Origin: Mycobacterium tuberculosis H37Rv
Lineage (GTDB): Bacteria > Actinomycetota > Actinomycetes > Mycobacteriales > Mycobacteriaceae
Assembly: GCF_000195955.2 (NCBI RefSeq)
Contig: NC_000962.3
Span: 3,930,001-3,962,000 of the forward strand
Reading direction: 5' to 3'
DNA: 32,000 nucleotides
Each line of letters begins with the position of its first letter. Positions within the stretch are counted from its first letter, which is position 1. The notes beneath the pieces are model-generated. The model saw only the letters and a list, made by a program, of their open reading frames with translations, ran no database searches and was not told where the DNA came from. The position numbers and the translations under genes are program-made. Below, piece after piece: positions 29,529-32,000 of this stretch.

Positions 29529-30713
29529 ATGGCCGGAAAGCTGGCCGCCGTACTCGGCACCGGGCAGACCAAGTATGTCGCCAAGCGCCAAGACGTTTCG
29601 ATGAACGGTCTGGTGCGGGAGGCCATCGACCGAGCGCTGGCGGATTCCGGTTCCACCTTCGACGACATCGACGCCGTCGTGGTCGGCAAGGCGCCCGACT
29701 TCTTCGAAGGGGTGATGATGCCGGAGCTATTCATGGCCGACGCCATGGGCGCGACCGGCAAGCCGCTGATCCGGGTACACACCGCCGGTTCGGTTGGCGG
29801 ATCCACCGGGGTAGTGGCTGCCAGCCTGGTGCAATCCGGCAAATACCGCCGGGTCCTGGCATTAGCCTGGGAAAAGCAGTCGGAATCCAATGCCATGTGG
29901 GCGTTGTCGATTCCTGTGCCGTTCACCAAACCGGTCGGTGCCGGTGCGGGGGGATACTTCGCCCCGCATGTCCGGGCCTATATCCGCCGCTCGGGCGCAC
30001 CGGCACACATCGGTGCTATGGTTGCGGTCAAGGACCGGCTCAACGGCAGCCGCAACCCGTTGGCACATCTGCAGCAGCCCGACATCACCCTGGAGAAGGT
30101 GATGGCATCTCAGATGCTCTGGGATCCAATACGTTTCGATGAGACGTGCCCGTCGTCAGACGGTGCGTGCGCGGTTGTCGTCGGCGACGAGGAGATCGCC
30201 GACGCGCGACTGGCGCAAGGGCATCCGGTGGCCTGGATTCATGGCACCGCATTACGCACCGAGCCGCTGGCTTTCGCCGGGCGCGACCAGGTCAACCCGC
30301 AGGCCGGCCGCGACGCGGCGGCGGCGCTGTGGAAGGCCGCGGGCATCACCAGCCCCATCGACGAAATCGACGCCGCCGAAATTTACGTCCCGTTCTCCTG
30401 GTTCGAGCCGATGTGGTTGGAGAATCTGGGATTTGCCCGCGAGGGCGAGGGCTGGAAGCTCACCGAGGCCGGCGAGACTGCGATCGGCGGTCGACTACCG
30501 GTGAACCCTTCCGGCGGCGTGCTGTCCGCCAATCCGATCGGCGCATCGGGCCTGATCCGCTTCGCCGAGGCCGCGATCCAAGTCATGGGCAAGGCGGAGG
30601 CGCGTCAAGTTCCGGGTGCGCGAAAGGCCTTGGGGCACGCTTACGGTGGCGGCTCGCAGTACTTCTCTATGTGGGTGGTCGGCTGCGAGAAACCCAAACA
30701 GGCAGCCGCATAA
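29529..30713 (+). CDS. ltp3: SCP-x-thiolase-like lipid-transfer protein, 394 aa
   Basis: MAGKLAAVLGTGQTKYVAKRQDVSMNGLVREAIDRALADSG..., VNPSGGVLSANPIGASGLIRFAEA, GHAYGGGSQYFSMWVVG. Confidence 0.9.
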   Translation: MAGKLAAVLGTGQTKYVAKRQDVSMNGLVREAIDRALADSGSTFDDIDAVVVGKAPDFFEGVMMPELFMADAMGATGKPLIRVHTAGSVGGSTGVVAASLVQSGKYRRVLALAWEKQSESNAMWALSIPVPFTKPVGAGAGGYFAPHVRAYIRRSGAPAHIGAMVAVKDRLNGSRNPLAHLQQPDITLEKVMASQMLWDPIRFDETCPSSDGACAVVVGDEEIADARLAQGHPVAWIHGTALRTEPLAFAGRDQVNPQAGRDAAAALWKAAGITSPIDEIDAAEIYVPFSWFEPMWLENLGFAREGEGWKLTEAGETAIGGRLPVNPSGGVLSANPIGASGLIRFAEAAIQVMGKAEARQVPGARKALGHAYGGGSQYFSMWVVGCEKPKQAAA

Positions 30714-30754
30714 TCGCCCGGCGCGATCCGGGCGACGCCGCAGACCATCCGAGC

Positions 30755-31786
30755 ATGGTGAAGTTCACACCCGATAGCCAGACGTCAGTTCTGCGCGCGG
30801 GCAAGTGCTCAGGTACTCTTTCTCCGTCGCGGTCGCGATTGCAAAGGGGGAGCTGGCCGGTGGATTCCGAACGCCGACGCTACGGGTGGCCGCGGAATCG
30901 ACGCACCTTAGCCATTACTGGAGCTGCAGTCGTTGTCGTGGTGACCCTCGCAGCCATTGGTTACCTGATCTTTGAGCCAAAAATTTCTGGGTCGTCCACG
31001 TCCAGGCAGGCCGCATCGCCAACCACTCCTTCCCCGCCCAGCCAGGTCGTGGTGCCGATCGACCTTTGGAATCCCGACGGGGTGACGGTGGACCTGGCGG
31101 ACGCCGTTTACGTGGCCGACTCCGGTCACAAGCGACTGCTGAAACTGCCGGCCGGCTCCAACACCCCGACCACGTTGCCATTCACCGACACCATCGGTCC
31201 AGGCGGCGTGGCGGTAAACAGCAACCGCGACGTCTATGTCATCGATGAAGACAGCCACCATGTGTTGAAACTCGCGGCCGGCATCGAACCCCCGGTCGAG
31301 CTCCCGTTCGGCAGCCTTGGCGATGCGCATGGTTTGGCAGTGGACCGCAGCGACAGCGTCTATGTCGTCGACTATGACAATGCCAAAGTGTTGAAACTGC
31401 CCCCAGGCGCAGATACCCCTACCGAACTGCCGTTCGTCGGGCTCGACCACCCCTATGATGTGGCGGTGGACGGTGCTGGCACCGTCTACGTGACCGACAG
31501 CGGCCACAATCGCGTGGTGGCGTTGACCGCGGGGTCGGCCACGCCGGTGCACCTCCCATTCGCCGATCTCAGCTTTCCCGCCGGTGTGACGGTGGACCGC
31601 GACGATAGCGTCTATGTGGCCGATCTGAACAACAATCGGGTGCTGAAGCTGGCGGCCGGCTCGAATGCGCAGTCGCAGCTGCCGTTCACCGGACTCTTCT
31701 CCCCAACTGATGTGGCGGTGGACAACGACGGCGCCGTCTACGTGATCGACTTTTACAACCGGATGTTAAAACTGCCGACGGCTTAA
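30755..31786 (+). CDS. Single-pass membrane protein with C-terminal NHL-repeat beta-propeller, 343 aa
   Basis: TM segment TLAITGAAVVVVVTLAAIGYLIF, then about six NHL blades (GVTVDLADAVYVADSGHKRLLKLPAGS..., GVAVNSNRDVYVIDEDSHHVLKL..., DVAVDGAGTVYVTDSGHNRVVAL...). Confidence 0.9.
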   Translation: MVKFTPDSQTSVLRAGKCSGTLSPSRSRLQRGSWPVDSERRRYGWPRNRRTLAITGAAVVVVVTLAAIGYLIFEPKISGSSTSRQAASPTTPSPPSQVVVPIDLWNPDGVTVDLADAVYVADSGHKRLLKLPAGSNTPTTLPFTDTIGPGGVAVNSNRDVYVIDEDSHHVLKLAAGIEPPVELPFGSLGDAHGLAVDRSDSVYVVDYDNAKVLKLPPGADTPTELPFVGLDHPYDVAVDGAGTVYVTDSGHNRVVALTAGSATPVHLPFADLSFPAGVTVDRDDSVYVADLNNNRVLKLAAGSNAQSQLPFTGLFSPTDVAVDNDGAVYVIDFYNRMLKLPTA

Positions 31787-31799
31787 CCCGCAGCGACGC

Positions 31800-32000
31800 C
31801 TACATGGGTTCCAGTCCGGCCAGATGCCGTGCAGCCAGGTCACGATAGGCCTGCGGATTGACGTTAACCCACATTTCCGCGCCCGTTCCTTCAATCGGTC
31901 CCTTCACCTTGGCCGGCGCTCCCGTTACCAGCATTCCGGCCGGAATCTGAGTGCCGGCCACCACCAGCGCTCCCGCGGCGATCATGCAGCGCGCGCCGAT
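31800..32000 (-). CDS. C-terminus of a left-handed beta-helix / gamma-carbonic-anhydrase-like protein (5' end outside window)
   Basis: Reverse strand IGARCMIAAGALVVAGTQIPAGMLVTGAPAKVKGPIEGTGAEMWVNVNPQAYRDLAARHLAGLEPM*, with typical hexapeptide turns (GxPAKxxR/K motif). Confidence 0.82.
   Translation of the reverse strand: MGARCMIAAGALVVAGTQIPAGMLVTGAPAKVKGPIEGTGAEMWVNVNPQAYRDLAARHLAGLEPM

Overview
This window reads as the Mycobacterium tuberculosis complex locus I recall as Rv3507-Rv3525c in H37Rv. That assignment comes from memory of gene order and protein lengths, not from a search. The left ~20 kb is a PE_PGRS array: the 3' end of PE_PGRS53, then PE_PGRS54, PE_PGRS55/56 split by a frameshift, and PE_PGRS57. 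Interleaved with it are ilvX, an amidohydrolase gene and fadD18, a truncated duplicate of the fadD19 3' end. The right ~12 kb is a sterol side-chain degradation segment: fadD19, echA19, cyp142, an acetoacetate-decarboxylase-like gene, an F420/LLM-type oxidoreductase, a tandem DUF35/OB-fold protein, ltp4 and ltp3. It is followed by an NHL-propeller membrane protein and the end of a gamma-carbonic-anhydrase-like gene. I found no convincing, wholly new multi-gene system. The observations most worth a second look are: (1) two adjacent repeat units of PE_PGRS57 with strand-uniform substitution clusters, one with 8 G->A and one with 5 G->T; (2) a DUF559/AbiEi-like putative nuclease gene (Rv3517-like) bracketed by two copies of a ~57-nt palindromic element; (3) an extra C in a C-run inside a tandem repeat that splits a ~1781-codon PE_PGRS gene; (4) near-perfect direct duplications of 1141 bp and 500 bp that could drive deletion or gene conversion; (5) an apparently Cys-less ltp3/ltp4 pair beside a Cys-less double DUF35 protein; (6) three exact matches to the KstR operator consensus.
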